A stretch of DNA of 64,000 nucleotides from Armatimonadota bacterium (GTDB lineage: Bacteria; Armatimonadota; UBA5829; DSUL01), in assembly GCA_039811685.1 (NCBI GenBank), contig JBDHZC010000009.1, positions 32,001 to 96,000 on the forward strand, in the 5' to 3' direction. Positions 20,250 through 30,792 of the stretch are shown piece after piece (the stretch's first letter is position 1; each line of letters opens with the position of its first letter). Under the pieces are notes generated by a model. It was not told the DNA's origin. It saw nothing but the letters and a program-made list of their open reading frames with translations, and made no database searches. The position numbers were made by a program, and so were the translations under genes.

Positions 20250-20510
20250 TTACTTGAGTTTGTGCGGGTGTGTCGCTAGCATTAAGACTGTCGCGGCGAA
20301 CGTGATGGCCAGAAGTGCCAGCAGCCCCGCCCAGATGCCGCGGCCGAAAGTAGGCAGCCTGTCGCGGTACATGAAGTAGGCGATTACGGGCGGAAAGCAC
20401 ATCAGAAACGGGCCGATGAGCGCAAATACGAAGCCGAGCGTCCAGTCAGCCCACTTGAAACCTGTGAGCAGTCTGCGCTGGTACGGGAGTATCAGATCAT
20501 CGCTGTTCAA
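20250..20510 (-). CDS. Small membrane protein
   Basis: Two to three hydrophobic segments; follows the Nfu gene on the same strand. Confidence 0.6.
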   Translation of the reverse strand: MNSDDLILPYQRRLLTGFKWADWTLGFVFALIGPFLMCFPPVIAYFMYRDRLPTFGRGIWAGLLALLAITFAATVLMLATHPHKLK

Positions 20511-20562
20511 ATGTCGCTGGTTTCAAGGTTGTGCGCCCACGCGCAGGCAGAAGAGGCGCAGG

Positions 20563-21123
20563 CTAGAGCTGAATCACTTCCTGAATCTCTGGAATCTCCG
20601 CCTTCAGCATGTTCTCCACACCCATCTTCAGCGTCATCATCGAGCTCGGGCAGGTGCCGCAGGAGCCTTCCAGGCGCAGCAGTACAATCCCGTTCTGGTA
20701 ACCCTCGTAGTTGATGTCGCCGCCGTCGCGGGCGACTGCGGGACGAACGCGCGTGTCCAGAACCTCCATAATGCGCTTTTCAATCTCCGTATCGCCTGAG
20801 GCAAAGGTGATGTTAGGCGTGATCCGCTCTTCATCCACCAGTGGGATATCAGCCGTGAGAACGTCTTTCATCGTGTGCGTCACGGGGATGAGGCTCTCCC
20901 AGTCAGCTTCCGGCTTTTTTGTGATGGAGATGAAGGTGCGTCCGATGAAAACGCTCTCCACCGCGTCAAACTCAAAGAGCTTCTCGGGCAGAGGCGATCC
21001 GGTGGCCGCTTCTTTGTCCTTGAAGTTCGCCGTCCCCTTCTCAAGAAGGGTGCGGTTGACGTTGAACTTAACAGTGTTGGGATTGGGTGTGCCTTCCGCG
21101 GTTATGCTTAGCTGCTGACTCAA
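20563..21123 (-). CDS. NifU/Nfu-family Fe-S carrier (Nfu_N + NifU-C)
   Basis: TPNPNTVKF; VRPAVARDGGDI; GSCGTCPSS..TLK.GVE. Confidence 0.92.
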   Translation of the reverse strand: MSQQLSITAEGTPNPNTVKFNVNRTLLEKGTANFKDKEAATGSPLPEKLFEFDAVESVFIGRTFISITKKPEADWESLIPVTHTMKDVLTADIPLVDEERITPNITFASGDTEIEKRIMEVLDTRVRPAVARDGGDINYEGYQNGIVLLRLEGSCGTCPSSMMTLKMGVENMLKAEIPEIQEVIQL

Positions 21124-21446
21124 ATCGCTGACTCCTATGAGTGTTCTTACAACTCATGATAACGCTATTTTCGTCGAATTTATTCCAGGAGAGGATTATT
21201 GAACATTCTCCTGCAGCAAAGTCTCAGTGAGTTTGGCCGTCCTCTCACAAATGTTTTAGCGATTGGGTCAACGCCAGCCCCGGCGCGCCAGTAGAGAGCT
21301 CAATTAGTTCCCTGGAACAAGACTGTGGCCCATCCTGGCTGTAGGCCTGACACGGCTATCTACCGACAGATTGCCCGGGCAGATCAATTTGGTGAGTCCA
21401 AATATTGCGTTCCAGGCGCTGGGTACGGGTAAAATTGCCCCGAATT

Positions 21447-22628
21447 ATGCAGGACGGGAAAAGCTCAGGTTTCGGGGATAGCCTACGCCGAATTGTCGTA
21501 ATCCGCACAGGCAACTTCATTGGTGACGTGGTAATCACCACCCCTGTTTTGGACGCGCTTCGTCAACACTATCCAGAGGCGTTCATTTCGCTTGTCGCGG
21601 ATATGCCGGGTGCGGCGCTGATGGAGAATCATCCGTCGCTGGATGAAGTCATCGTCTACAGACAGGCGGATCGCTATCGCACAAACCGGATGCGCACGAC
21701 GCTCAAGGAACATTGGGACACCTTCCGCCGCATCCGCGCCGGCGCCTTTGACTCCGCCTTTGTCCTGCATCCACAGGAGCGGGCTGCTCTTCTCGGGCGG
21801 TTCAGTGCCGCGCCACTGCGCGTGGGGTTTTCCCGTGGCGGTTACAACGACTCCGTTTACAGGAGTATCTACAGTCTCGTGATTCCATGGCCGGAAGATG
21901 ACTGCGGCAGGAATCAAAGCGACCGTCTGTTGGACGCGGTCCGAGCTATCGGGCTGACGACTCCGCCACCCAGGCTGTCCCTTGCTGTTAACCCGGAGGC
22001 GTTTCAGTCTATTCTGCCGCTCGTGCAGCGCCTGCGACATCCCAGGGTGGCTCTGCATACTGGTCCGAAAGGACAGTCCAAGAGCTGGACAGTGGAAGGA
22101 TGGCGAGAGGTAGTAAAGCATCTGCGCGAGGCCTGGAATGCGTCAGTGATTTTTGTCGGCTCTGAGAGGGAACAGGCATCTGTGCAAGACGTTATCCCAA
22201 ACGCACTGGCCGGTGTCTATTCTGCGGCTGGCGGATGGACTTTGAAGGAAACAGCCGCGCTTTTGAGTTGCGTTGATGTATTTGTGGGAGTAGATAGTGG
22301 GCCGCTGCACGTAGCTGCCGCTGTGGGATGTCCGACGGTTATGCTTTCAGGGCCTACTGACGCCAGGCGGTGGAATCCTGTCGGGGGATGTCATCTGGCC
22401 GTGCGGGCCCAGCCTTTTCCATGCCCATGCTGTGACTGCAAGAAAGAGGGGCCCTTGCCCTGCATGGAAGCTATTTCAGCCGAGAGTGTAATCGCGGCCG
22501 TCAACCAACTCTTGAAGCAGTCAGAGGACTCCCCACTTCGAAGTCTTAGTTACGACTGGACGCGCGAACGGAACTCCGCGACACCGCGCACGCCCGGGCG
22601 CAGGCGGAACAAGGCGCCCCAGCTCTGA
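21447..22628 (+). CDS. Glycosyltransferase family 9 (LPS heptosyltransferase-like)
   Basis: IGDVVITTP, KSW, VGVDSGPLHVAAAVGCPTV.L.GPT. Confidence 0.9.
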   Translation: MQDGKSSGFGDSLRRIVVIRTGNFIGDVVITTPVLDALRQHYPEAFISLVADMPGAALMENHPSLDEVIVYRQADRYRTNRMRTTLKEHWDTFRRIRAGAFDSAFVLHPQERAALLGRFSAAPLRVGFSRGGYNDSVYRSIYSLVIPWPEDDCGRNQSDRLLDAVRAIGLTTPPPRLSLAVNPEAFQSILPLVQRLRHPRVALHTGPKGQSKSWTVEGWREVVKHLREAWNASVIFVGSEREQASVQDVIPNALAGVYSAAGGWTLKETAALLSCVDVFVGVDSGPLHVAAAVGCPTVMLSGPTDARRWNPVGGCHLAVRAQPFPCPCCDCKKEGPLPCMEAISAESVIAAVNQLLKQSEDSPLRSLSYDWTRERNSATPRTPGRRRNKAPQL

Positions 22629-23410
22629 TCTGCCGGCCTGTCTTTTCCGTCTGCAGTGGTGACGTAGAGGTCCTCGAAGCTCTCTCCTCCGAAAGCGACG
22701 CTTGTCACGAAAGGAGCGGGAATCGGAATGCGCAGCATCTCTTTGCCTGCATGGTCGTAGCGGATGACGCAGCTTCCGCCCCATATCGCGGACCAGATGC
22801 AGCCCTCGGAGTCCACGGTCATCCCATCCGGAACCCACTCATCGTGCTCCAGGCGGTGGAACACGCGCTGATTGCTGATGGCTCCCGTTGCGAGGTCATA
22901 GTCGAAGACATAAATGACGCGGTTGGCGCTGTCAGTGTAGTACAGAGCCGTCTTGTCCAGCGTGAAGCCAAGCCCGTTGGACAATCCTATGCCATCCACA
23001 ACTCGCACGACACTCCGGTCTGTGTCCAGCCTGTAGAGCCGCGCCGGATGCGGGCTCTCGCCAAGAGTGCCGCAGAAGACCCTTCCGCCAGGATCGGCGA
23101 TGACGTCATTGAAGCGTGTGGCGCGCTCCTCTTCAATCTCTTCTACGACAGTGATGAGTTCCGTGTCCCGGAGTAGCTTCACCGCCCCGCGCTCCCCAAA
23201 GAGCAGAAGGTCACCGTTTTCCTGAAGAGTGAACCCACCCACAACGTCTCCTTCATAAATGGTGCCGTGACTGTGTGTCGCGGGGTTGTAGGCGAAGATG
23301 ACTCCACGCGGTATGTCCGTCCAGTAGAGGAGCTTTGCGCTGTCATCCCACAGCGGGTTTTCTCCGCACTCGCATGCGTAGTCTGCAATCATCTCAAGCT
23401 CGAGCTTCAT
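22550..23410 (-). CDS. SMP-30/gluconolactonase/LRE family protein
   Basis: GENPLWD, RFNDVIADP.GR, SNGLGF, PDGMTVDSEG. Confidence 0.93.
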   Translation of the reverse strand: MKLELEMIADYACECGENPLWDDSAKLLYWTDIPRGVIFAYNPATHSHGTIYEGDVVGGFTLQENGDLLLFGERGAVKLLRDTELITVVEEIEEERATRFNDVIADPGGRVFCGTLGESPHPARLYRLDTDRSVVRVVDGIGLSNGLGFTLDKTALYYTDSANRVIYVFDYDLATGAISNQRVFHRLEHDEWVPDGMTVDSEGCIWSAIWGGSCVIRYDHAGKEMLRIPIPAPFVTSVAFGGESFEDLYVTTADGKDRPADQSWGALFRLRPGVRGVAEFRSRVQS

Positions 23411-23668
23411 AGGCGCTTGATTCCTCTTCAACGCCCGGATTTCCTGTATTTCGGCCTTGCGCTCTGACCATCATCCTCCGCGTAGAGTGGAAGAAATTCC
23501 GGCGCTCGAGTCTGGCGGTAAGCTTGTGGATCGCCGGAAAGGCATGGTTTTGTGCGCGGAATTTGGGGTACACGCCCGATGTGTGCCTGAGATATCCTGC
23601 GCTAAGCTACTTCAGGCGCGCACCACTGCCCACATGCGCGCCATAGCAGAAGTAAAGGAGATCGCACA

Positions 23669-24397
23669 TTGATCAGACGCTTTGCGTCCACACTTGCCGT
23701 TGCAGTGTTCGTGGGACTGGCCATTAACGCGCATGCGGCGACCTATCAGTCTATTGATTCAGCAGATATCTGGTACTATCCGTTTGGCAGCGGTTCGGCG
23801 GATCTGCGCATCTGGGGAGACGGCGTCAACGCGCTGTCACCCACCTATCCTTCCGGCCACACGACTTCCCACGCCTATATGAAGTGGGATATGTCGTCCA
23901 TTCCGGCTGGCAGCTACACCGTTCAGAGCGCAAAGCTGGTGGTGACTCAGCAAACGCCTGGCTTCACGCTGCAGGAAGGGCTGGATTCCCCCCTCGAAGC
24001 GCGGCAGCTCGGGAGCAACTTCGACGAGAGCACGTGGGACTTCTACGCGGCGGGCAATCCGACACCCGGAGCGGTTTACGGGACGAGTGACCTCTCCAAC
24101 TACAATGCATCAGGACCTTTTCAGATTGAGATCAATCTGCTGAGTGGGCCGGCAGACTTTGCCGCTGCGTTCAATCAGGCTGTGAATGGCAATCAGCAGC
24201 TTGCGCTTGCGGCGACGTCCAAAATCGCCCTGGCCGGGCCAGGCGGAAGCACCTACTACAGGCTCTACTCTAACGAGACACCGACCAGCGCGCCTCAGCT
24301 TGTCGTTCAATACGCACCTGTGCCAGAGCCTTCCAGTCTTCTGGCGCTTGCCGGAGCGCTCACCGGCGCAGTGGGTCTGTTGCGGCGCAGGCGCTAG
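23669..24397 (+). CDS. PEP-CTERM sorting-signal surface protein (DNRLRE-like domain)
   Basis: Signal peptide; C-terminal VPEPSS + TM + RRRR. Confidence 0.9.
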   Translation: MIRRFASTLAVAVFVGLAINAHAATYQSIDSADIWYYPFGSGSADLRIWGDGVNALSPTYPSGHTTSHAYMKWDMSSIPAGSYTVQSAKLVVTQQTPGFTLQEGLDSPLEARQLGSNFDESTWDFYAAGNPTPGAVYGTSDLSNYNASGPFQIEINLLSGPADFAAAFNQAVNGNQQLALAATSKIALAGPGGSTYYRLYSNETPTSAPQLVVQYAPVPEPSSLLALAGALTGAVGLLRRRR

Positions 24398-24458
24398 CAA
24401 GCCCGTTTCTCATTTCTGAGAGATACAAATCACACAGCCGCCCGGTATGACGCCTGTT

Positions 24459-25295
24459 TCACATGGTGGAATGCCTGGCGGCTGTCCGCTCTTTCGGGCG
24501 GCCGAAGCGCTGCGTGAGGACATCTGTCACTTCCGCGCCAACAAGCGTGACGAAGGAGAGGTAATAACACGCCAGCAGGATGATCACCACGCCTGTGAAC
24601 GAGCCGTACATCTTGTCGAAGTGTCCGAAGTTGCGAAAATACAGCAGCAGCCCCGCATTCGCCAGCGTCCACATAAGTGAGGTGGCCGCGCCTCCAATCA
24701 GAGCGAAGCGCCACGCCAGCTCCAGGCGTGGCAGGACTCGATAAGCCGCGGCGAATATCATCGCCATCAGAGCGAAGCCGGCCATCCAGCTTGCGGCGCG
24801 AGTTGCCGCCGGGTAGGGTATGAGACCGACTACATAGGTCGAAATGAGCGACAGAGTGCTGAGCATTCCCGCGATTACCACAAAAAGCAGGGCGCGAAAG
24901 CGCGCGGTGATCCAGCTCAGATGCACCTGCGCCCCAAAAACCCGGTTCAGCGCCACCTGTGTCGCCAGGACCACCTGGATACCTGTCCACAGCAGGCCCA
25001 GAAGCGCAATCAGCCCGGTCACTCCACGTATCGCGCTGACGTGCTCCAGAAGCTGGTAGAAGTCAATACCGGACGCTTTGAGCACCGGGAGATTCTGGGA
25101 GAGGATGTCCAGCGTCTGCTCACGCGCGCCCTCCATCCCCAGCCAGATGCCAAGCGCGCTGACACCCGCGAGGAGCAACGGAAAGATAGACATCCACGCG
25201 TAGAAGGCGATAGCTGCGGCTGCAAAGCTGATCTGGTCCTGGACGATTTTGCGGAAAAGGTCCCTGAAAAACTGCCACACCGGCTGGATGTTCAT
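24459..25295 (-). CDS. YihY/BrkB family membrane protein
   Basis: AAAIAFY..SIFPLL; YGSF.GV.I.L...Y; GAE. Confidence 0.9.
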   Translation of the reverse strand: MNIQPVWQFFRDLFRKIVQDQISFAAAAIAFYAWMSIFPLLLAGVSALGIWLGMEGAREQTLDILSQNLPVLKASGIDFYQLLEHVSAIRGVTGLIALLGLLWTGIQVVLATQVALNRVFGAQVHLSWITARFRALLFVVIAGMLSTLSLISTYVVGLIPYPAATRAASWMAGFALMAMIFAAAYRVLPRLELAWRFALIGGAATSLMWTLANAGLLLYFRNFGHFDKMYGSFTGVVIILLACYYLSFVTLVGAEVTDVLTQRFGRPKERTAARHSTM

Positions 25296-25438
25296 AGCGC
25301 TAGCATACCACCGGAAGGCCGAAAGTCCAAGAACGCCGTGACTGAGAGAGCCTCAGCAGCCTCGACAGCGTTGGATGGGCAGCGTCCCGGGAACGGCAGA
25401 GCTCCCAGAACGCTGGCGAAAGCTGGGCGTTGTGATGT

Positions 25439-26674
25439 CTAGCGCAGGTCTGAGAGCGGGCGCTTGCCGTCGCGCAGGATGTCGTATTTGCCGGTTATAC
25501 TGAGGCGCTCCCGCACCAGCTCCTGCGCCGTGTCAGATTCTTTGGCTGCCTCACCCATCAGAAAGACGCATGAGACGCGGTCGTCTTTGACGTAAACGCT
25601 GCAGATGGACTCCCTGGACGGTGTAACGCGCTGGATGACCTGATCTGCCTCGGAAGGATCGCCCCACAGCTCCCAGGTCAGATCGTAGATGTCGGAGAAG
25701 AACATTGAGACAGCGTTGAAAGTCTCGCCTGCGCCCGCCAGGTTGCGCCCGGCTGTCTGCCCCTGTTTCTCCGCGTTGTCCCAGTGTTCGGTGCGGCGTC
25801 TGCGCTGGAAGATCGGGTCGTAGAAGTTGGCGACGTCTCCGGCGGCGAAAATGTCTGGCTTGCTGGTCTGCAGGTGTTCGTCTACGACGATTCCATTGTT
25901 CACCTCAAGACGGCTCTCTTCCGCCAGTTGCACGTTCGGCCGAACTCCAATAGCGATTACCACCGCGTCCGTGCTGAGTTTCTGGCCATTCTTCGTGTGA
26001 ACCATGTTGACGCGACCCGCGCCCCGAAAACCTTCCGGCTCATCTCCCAGCAGGAAGCGGACGCCATTGCTCTCAAAGTAGCTGCGGAAGAAATCGCTCA
26101 CGGCCGGATTGTTGAGTTTCTCCCACACTTGCTCGGAGCGTGAAATGACTGTCGTTTTAATCTGCTTCTGAGAAAATCCGCTGGCCAGCTCCATGCCTAT
26201 AAAGCTGCCGCCGACGATTACGACTTCGTTGAGCTCCTCTGCTGCCTTCTTCAGACGGTCGCTGTCCAGAACTGTGCGCAGATAGTGCAGCCCTTCCAGT
26301 CCCCGGCCCGGGCCGGGGAAGCGAAAGACGCTGGATCCGGTGGCGATCAACGCTTTTTCAAACTTGATGCTCTTGTTCAACTCGAGTTCGCACACATGAG
26401 CTGCGGGGTCGATGAGACGGGCGCGCCGGCTGTACCAGACGTCTATCCCGTTTTCATCGTAGAAGCTCTGTGGTTTGATGAGGATGTCGTCCTGGGACTC
26501 TTTGCCGAGGAAGTAACCTTTGGAAAGCGGCGGACGGTGGTAGGGAGGGGTGTTCTCGGCGGTGACGATAGTGGTGGCCCCTTTCGCGCTCGGGTCAGCT
26601 TCAATGAGCTGCTCCACCGCGCTAGCCGCGGCCAGACCCCCGCCAATAATCAGATACTTTGCAGCACGTGTCAT
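25439..26674 (-). CDS. FAD/NAD(P)-dependent oxidoreductase (ferredoxin-reductase-like)
   Basis: IIGGGLAA, PYHRPPLSK, ATGS, GGSFIGME, TSKPDIFAAGD, EHWDNA. Confidence 0.9.
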   Translation of the reverse strand: MTRAAKYLIIGGGLAAASAVEQLIEADPSAKGATTIVTAENTPPYHRPPLSKGYFLGKESQDDILIKPQSFYDENGIDVWYSRRARLIDPAAHVCELELNKSIKFEKALIATGSSVFRFPGPGRGLEGLHYLRTVLDSDRLKKAAEELNEVVIVGGSFIGMELASGFSQKQIKTTVISRSEQVWEKLNNPAVSDFFRSYFESNGVRFLLGDEPEGFRGAGRVNMVHTKNGQKLSTDAVVIAIGVRPNVQLAEESRLEVNNGIVVDEHLQTSKPDIFAAGDVANFYDPIFQRRRRTEHWDNAEKQGQTAGRNLAGAGETFNAVSMFFSDIYDLTWELWGDPSEADQVIQRVTPSRESICSVYVKDDRVSCVFLMGEAAKESDTAQELVRERLSITGKYDILRDGKRPLSDLR

Positions 26675-26815
26675 AACTCCCTCCTTGCGTGTCAGTCTTT
26701 GATAATGTGCCAGAAACAGTTGGCGCTCGGGCGTCTGAGAGAATAACTGGCTCTCCCGCTACTGCGCGGTCTGCGGACGCCCGCTCCGCCGCTATTGTAC
26801 CCAATGCGCTAGCAA

Positions 26816-26845
26816 TTGACGCGCGCCGCGTGCTGCGATTATAAT
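26816..26845 (+). promoter_or_regulatory. Sigma-70 promoter for rpoZ-dnaK-dnaJ
   Basis: TTGACG-N18-TATAAT. Confidence 0.55.
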
Positions 26846-27051
26846 CGTTAGTTGTGCCGGTGTGACTGTCAGGGCGATGTGACAGTACGCCCCGCACACA
26901 AGCCGCGTGCGTCTGTCGTTGCGGGCGCGGACTTCGCTTTTCCTGCGTAATGCAGGGTATCCTCACTGTGGCAGGGGCGGCTATCCAGCCTGCCGTTGCC
27001 AAATCAGGTGGCTGTGACGACGCCACTGTTTGGGAGAACCAGACCAGCAAC

Positions 27052-27510
27052 ATGGCAGATACTGAGAATATGACGAGTGTGCCCGGAGAAGAGGGGCAGA
27101 CGTCTCCGGGACCGCAGGCTTCCGACCTTGAGCCCAGCGTGATGGCGGAGAACAGCTACGGACTGACTGAAGAAGAGATGGCGCTTGCCACGATCCAGGA
27201 TGACCCCGCGGGCGGGGCGCTGGGGTCTCTTGAAGAGACGGACAACGAAGCCAGTTATGGCGATGCGTCCAGCGCTGAGCAGCAGTTTGTGGACGAAGAC
27301 GGACGCCCGGAGCTGAACCTGCCGACCACAGAGTCGCGCTATGCGTATGTGGTGCTGGCGGCCAAACGCGCCAAGCAGATTCGGGACGGCGGCCGCGCCT
27401 TCGTTCAGATTTCCAGTCCCAATGTGCTTACGACGGCGATGCAGGAGATCACAAACAAGAAGATCGGTTACAGGCTGGCGGAGGAAGACGGCAAGCCGGC
27501 TGACGACTGA
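27052..27510 (+). CDS. rpoZ: RNA polymerase omega subunit with long acidic N-terminal extension
   Basis: SRYAYVVLAAKRAKQI..NVLTTAMQEI..KI; GGAGA RBS before ATG 27052. Confidence 0.85.
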   Translation: MADTENMTSVPGEEGQTSPGPQASDLEPSVMAENSYGLTEEEMALATIQDDPAGGALGSLEETDNEASYGDASSAEQQFVDEDGRPELNLPTTESRYAYVVLAAKRAKQIRDGGRAFVQISSPNVLTTAMQEITNKKIGYRLAEEDGKPADD

Positions 27511-27522
27511 CGGATCGGGTCG

Positions 27523-29367
27523 ATGTCCAAGATAGTCGGCATTGACCTGGGAACCACCAACTCCGTTGTCGCGGTGGTGGAGGGCGGGGAGCCGGAAGTT
27601 ATCCCTATGACAGACGGCGCTCGTCTGTTGCCGAGTGTCTTCGGCATTTCGCGCAGCGGAGAGCGACTGGTGGGACAACTGGCCAAGCGCCAGGCGATCA
27701 GCAGTCCGGAACGGACTGTCTCCAGCATCAAGCGCCGCATGGGCTCCGACGCTGTGACGCCTGTTGGCGGGCGCAACTACACGCCCCAGGAGATCTCCGC
27801 GCAGATTTTGTCCCGTCTTCGCGAGGACGCTGAAGCGTACCTTGGCTCGCCCGTTACCCGCGCGGTGATTACGGTTCCGGCATATTTTTCGGATGCCCAG
27901 AGGCAGGCGACCAAGGATGCCGGCGCCATTGCGGGGCTGGACGTTGTGCGCATTATCAACGAACCCACTGCGGCGGCGCTGGCCTACGGGATGGGGTCCT
28001 CCAACGCGCAGACGGTGCTGGTCTGGGACCTTGGCGGCGGCACATTTGACGTCTCGATTCTCACGCTTTGCGACGGTGTGTTCGAGGTGAAGGCGACCAG
28101 CGGAGACACGCAGCTTGGCGGCGATGACTGGGATCAGGCAGTCATGGACTGGATCGTAAGCGAGTTTCGCGTGGAAGCCGGAGTTGATCTCTCGCGCGAC
28201 CGGATGGCCGTGCAGCGGCTGAAGGAAGCTGCGGAAAAGGCGAAGATGGAGCTTTCGGCGGTCGTGACAACCAGCGTCAATCTGCCGTTTATTTCCGTCA
28301 CCTCGGAAGGGCCGGTGCATCTTGATCTGACGCTCACACGGGCGCGCTTTGAGGAGCTGACGTTTGGTCTTCTCAACAGGATGGTGAAGCCGACCAGGCA
28401 GGCACTGGCGGATGCTCACGTGCAGCCAGAAGACATCGACCGCGTGCTTTTGGTCGGTGGCTCCACGCGGATGCCGGCGGTACAGGAGCTGGTGCGCAGC
28501 ATGTTTGGTCAGGAGCCGCACCGTGGACTGAATCCCGACGAAGTGGTGGCGCTCGGAGCAGCGATTCAGGGCGGAATACTGGGTGGGGACGTAAAAGACA
28601 TCGTCCTGCTGGATGTGACGCCGCTTTCTCTGGGAATTGAGACGCTGGGCGGTGTGTTTACACGTCTGATTGACCGCAATACAACTATTCCGACCAGCAG
28701 GACACAGCTTTTCACGACGGCGGTTGACAATCAGAGTACAGTTGACATTCACGTTTTGCAGGGTGAGCGGGCGATGGCTTTGGGGAACAAGTCACTGGGA
28801 CGCTTCCAGCTTACGAACATCCCGCCGGCGCCGCGTGGAACCCCGCGTATTGAGGTTTCGTTCGATATTGATGTAAACGGTATAACGCATGTGTCGGCGA
28901 AAGATATGGCGACCGGCAACAAGACTGGCGTCACGATAACATCGTCCACGTCGCTGAGCCGCGAAGAGGTGGAGCGCCTGATGGCCGACGCTGAGGCGAT
29001 GCGGGCCGAAGATCGAAGGCGGCGGGACCTTCAGAATCTACGCAACAGGGCCGATTCACTCATTTACAATGCCCAGCGCGCCTGTGTTGAGTGTAAGGAC
29101 ATGGCGCGGTCTTCGCTTGTCGAGGATGTGCGCGAAGGCATAGCGCGGCTTCGGAGCGTGGCTAGAGGAGACGATCTCGAGGCGCTGCGCGCGGCTCTGG
29201 ACTCTCTCACAGAGAGCGTCTACCGGTTGAGCCAGTCCCAGTGCCCGCAGAAGCTGGAGACAGACGGGGCAGATTATCACACAGTTGTTTCTGACGGCGC
29301 TCAGGACTTCGGCGATGTGGAGGAGGAGTCTCTGATCGGGGACACTCCCACGGAGGAGGGCCTCTGA
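27523..29367 (+). CDS. dnaK: Chaperone DnaK (Hsp70)
   Basis: [49 protein letters not shown]. Confidence 0.97.
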   Translation: MSKIVGIDLGTTNSVVAVVEGGEPEVIPMTDGARLLPSVFGISRSGERLVGQLAKRQAISSPERTVSSIKRRMGSDAVTPVGGRNYTPQEISAQILSRLREDAEAYLGSPVTRAVITVPAYFSDAQRQATKDAGAIAGLDVVRIINEPTAAALAYGMGSSNAQTVLVWDLGGGTFDVSILTLCDGVFEVKATSGDTQLGGDDWDQAVMDWIVSEFRVEAGVDLSRDRMAVQRLKEAAEKAKMELSAVVTTSVNLPFISVTSEGPVHLDLTLTRARFEELTFGLLNRMVKPTRQALADAHVQPEDIDRVLLVGGSTRMPAVQELVRSMFGQEPHRGLNPDEVVALGAAIQGGILGGDVKDIVLLDVTPLSLGIETLGGVFTRLIDRNTTIPTSRTQLFTTAVDNQSTVDIHVLQGERAMALGNKSLGRFQLTNIPPAPRGTPRIEVSFDIDVNGITHVSAKDMATGNKTGVTITSSTSLSREEVERLMADAEAMRAEDRRRRDLQNLRNRADSLIYNAQRACVECKDMARSSLVEDVREGIARLRSVARGDDLEALRAALDSLTESVYRLSQSQCPQKLETDGADYHTVVSDGAQDFGDVEEESLIGDTPTEEGL

Positions 29368-29460
29368 GGCGGCGGGCTCTGTCTGAGTTTGAGGGCCGCG
29401 AACAGGCGCCGCGGCGGAAGGCCGGGCGTCTGACGGGTGCTCGTGAACAGGTTGTAGAAG

Positions 29461-30576
29461 TTGGCAATGACCTCTGATAAAGACTACTACGAGCTTCTGG
29501 GCGTCTCACGGGACGCTGGAGGCGACGAGATCAAACGGGCGTACAGGAAGCTGGCCAGGGAGCTGCATCCTGACGTAAACCCTGGCGACAGTGAGGCGGA
29601 AGCGCGCTTCAAGGAGCTCAATGAAGCCTATGAGGTACTGCGCGATGATCAGAAGCGCGCGGTGTACGACAGGTACGGCCACGAAGGTCTGAAAGGCGGT
29701 GGTGGCTTTGGCGCGGACTTCGCGGGGTTTGGCGATCTGTTTGAGGCGTTTTTCGGCGCAGGCTCGCGCACTGACCTGCGTTCGGGACCTCATCGCGGCG
29801 AGGACTTGCGCTACGACCTGGATGTGACGCTTGAGGAAGCGGCCTACGGCGCGCAGAAGACGATCAAGGTTCCGCACCTTGTCGCGTGTGAAAGCTGTCA
29901 TGGAATGGGCACGCAGGACGGCGCCGCTCCGGAGACCTGTTCCGTCTGCCGCGGAACCGGCCAGACGCGCCGCCAGCAGAACACGCTGCTTGGCTCGTTC
30001 GCCACAGTTACGCCGTGCAATCACTGTGGGGGAGCGGGTACTATCGTGCGCAACCCATGCCGTGAGTGTCACGGGGCGGGCAATGTGCGCAGAACAGAGA
30101 GTATTACGATTACTATAGCGCCTGGAGTGGACACGGGTGTGCGTCTGCGTGTGAATGGCAAGGGTAACGCAGGGCCCAAGGGCGGACCCAGCGGAGACCT
30201 CTATGTGGTCATGCGCGTGCGCGGGGACGAGCGCTATCACCGTGAGGGTTCTGACCTTCAGACGGAGCTTCACGTCGGGCTTGCGCAGGTGGCGTTGGGC
30301 ACGCGCGTCAAGGTGGAGACGCTGTGGGGTGAGGAAGAGCTTGAGATTCCCGCCGGATCACAGCCGGGAGACGTTTTCAAGCTTCGCGAGGCCGGTATGC
30401 CGGAGTTGCAGGGCCGAGGGCGGGGTTCGCTGTACCTTGTCCTGCGCGTGATTGTGCCCAAAGACCTGACGCCCGAGCAGAGTGAGCTTCTGCGCAAGTT
30501 CGCTGAGTTGCGGGGTGAGGAACTGGAGGCGCCGAAGGGATTCCTCGGCAAACTTCGCGACGCGATCTTCGAGTAG
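29461..30576 (+). CDS. dnaJ: Chaperone DnaJ
   Basis: J domain with HPD; G/F region; four CxxCxGxG. Confidence 0.97.
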   Translation: MAMTSDKDYYELLGVSRDAGGDEIKRAYRKLARELHPDVNPGDSEAEARFKELNEAYEVLRDDQKRAVYDRYGHEGLKGGGGFGADFAGFGDLFEAFFGAGSRTDLRSGPHRGEDLRYDLDVTLEEAAYGAQKTIKVPHLVACESCHGMGTQDGAAPETCSVCRGTGQTRRQQNTLLGSFATVTPCNHCGGAGTIVRNPCRECHGAGNVRRTESITITIAPGVDTGVRLRVNGKGNAGPKGGPSGDLYVVMRVRGDERYHREGSDLQTELHVGLAQVALGTRVKVETLWGEEELEIPAGSQPGDVFKLREAGMPELQGRGRGSLYLVLRVIVPKDLTPEQSELLRKFAELRGEELEAPKGFLGKLRDAIFE

Positions 30577-30792
30577 GTACACGGCAACTTTCGCTTCTGT
30601 CCAAATCAGCGTAAGCGGTTGTGTCCTGGCAGAGTTTTTTCAGCAAGCGCCCGATGTGGCAGGAGCCGAACGGCTGTAAACGCGTATTATTCTCTACAGG
30701 TTGCTGTCGGCGGTTGATGCCCGGCAACTCTCCTCAAAGCGGCTGATTTTCCAGCCGCGCCAATCTGGCAGAAATAGACGAGGACTTCAACG

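Noticed and set aside
26846..27522. CIRCE element before dnaK
   Set aside because: No TTAGCACTC-N9-GAGTGCTAA found.
27004..28752. 582-aa minus-strand ORF
   Set aside because: This is the well-known antisense shadow of dnaK/hsp70, caused by codon bias.
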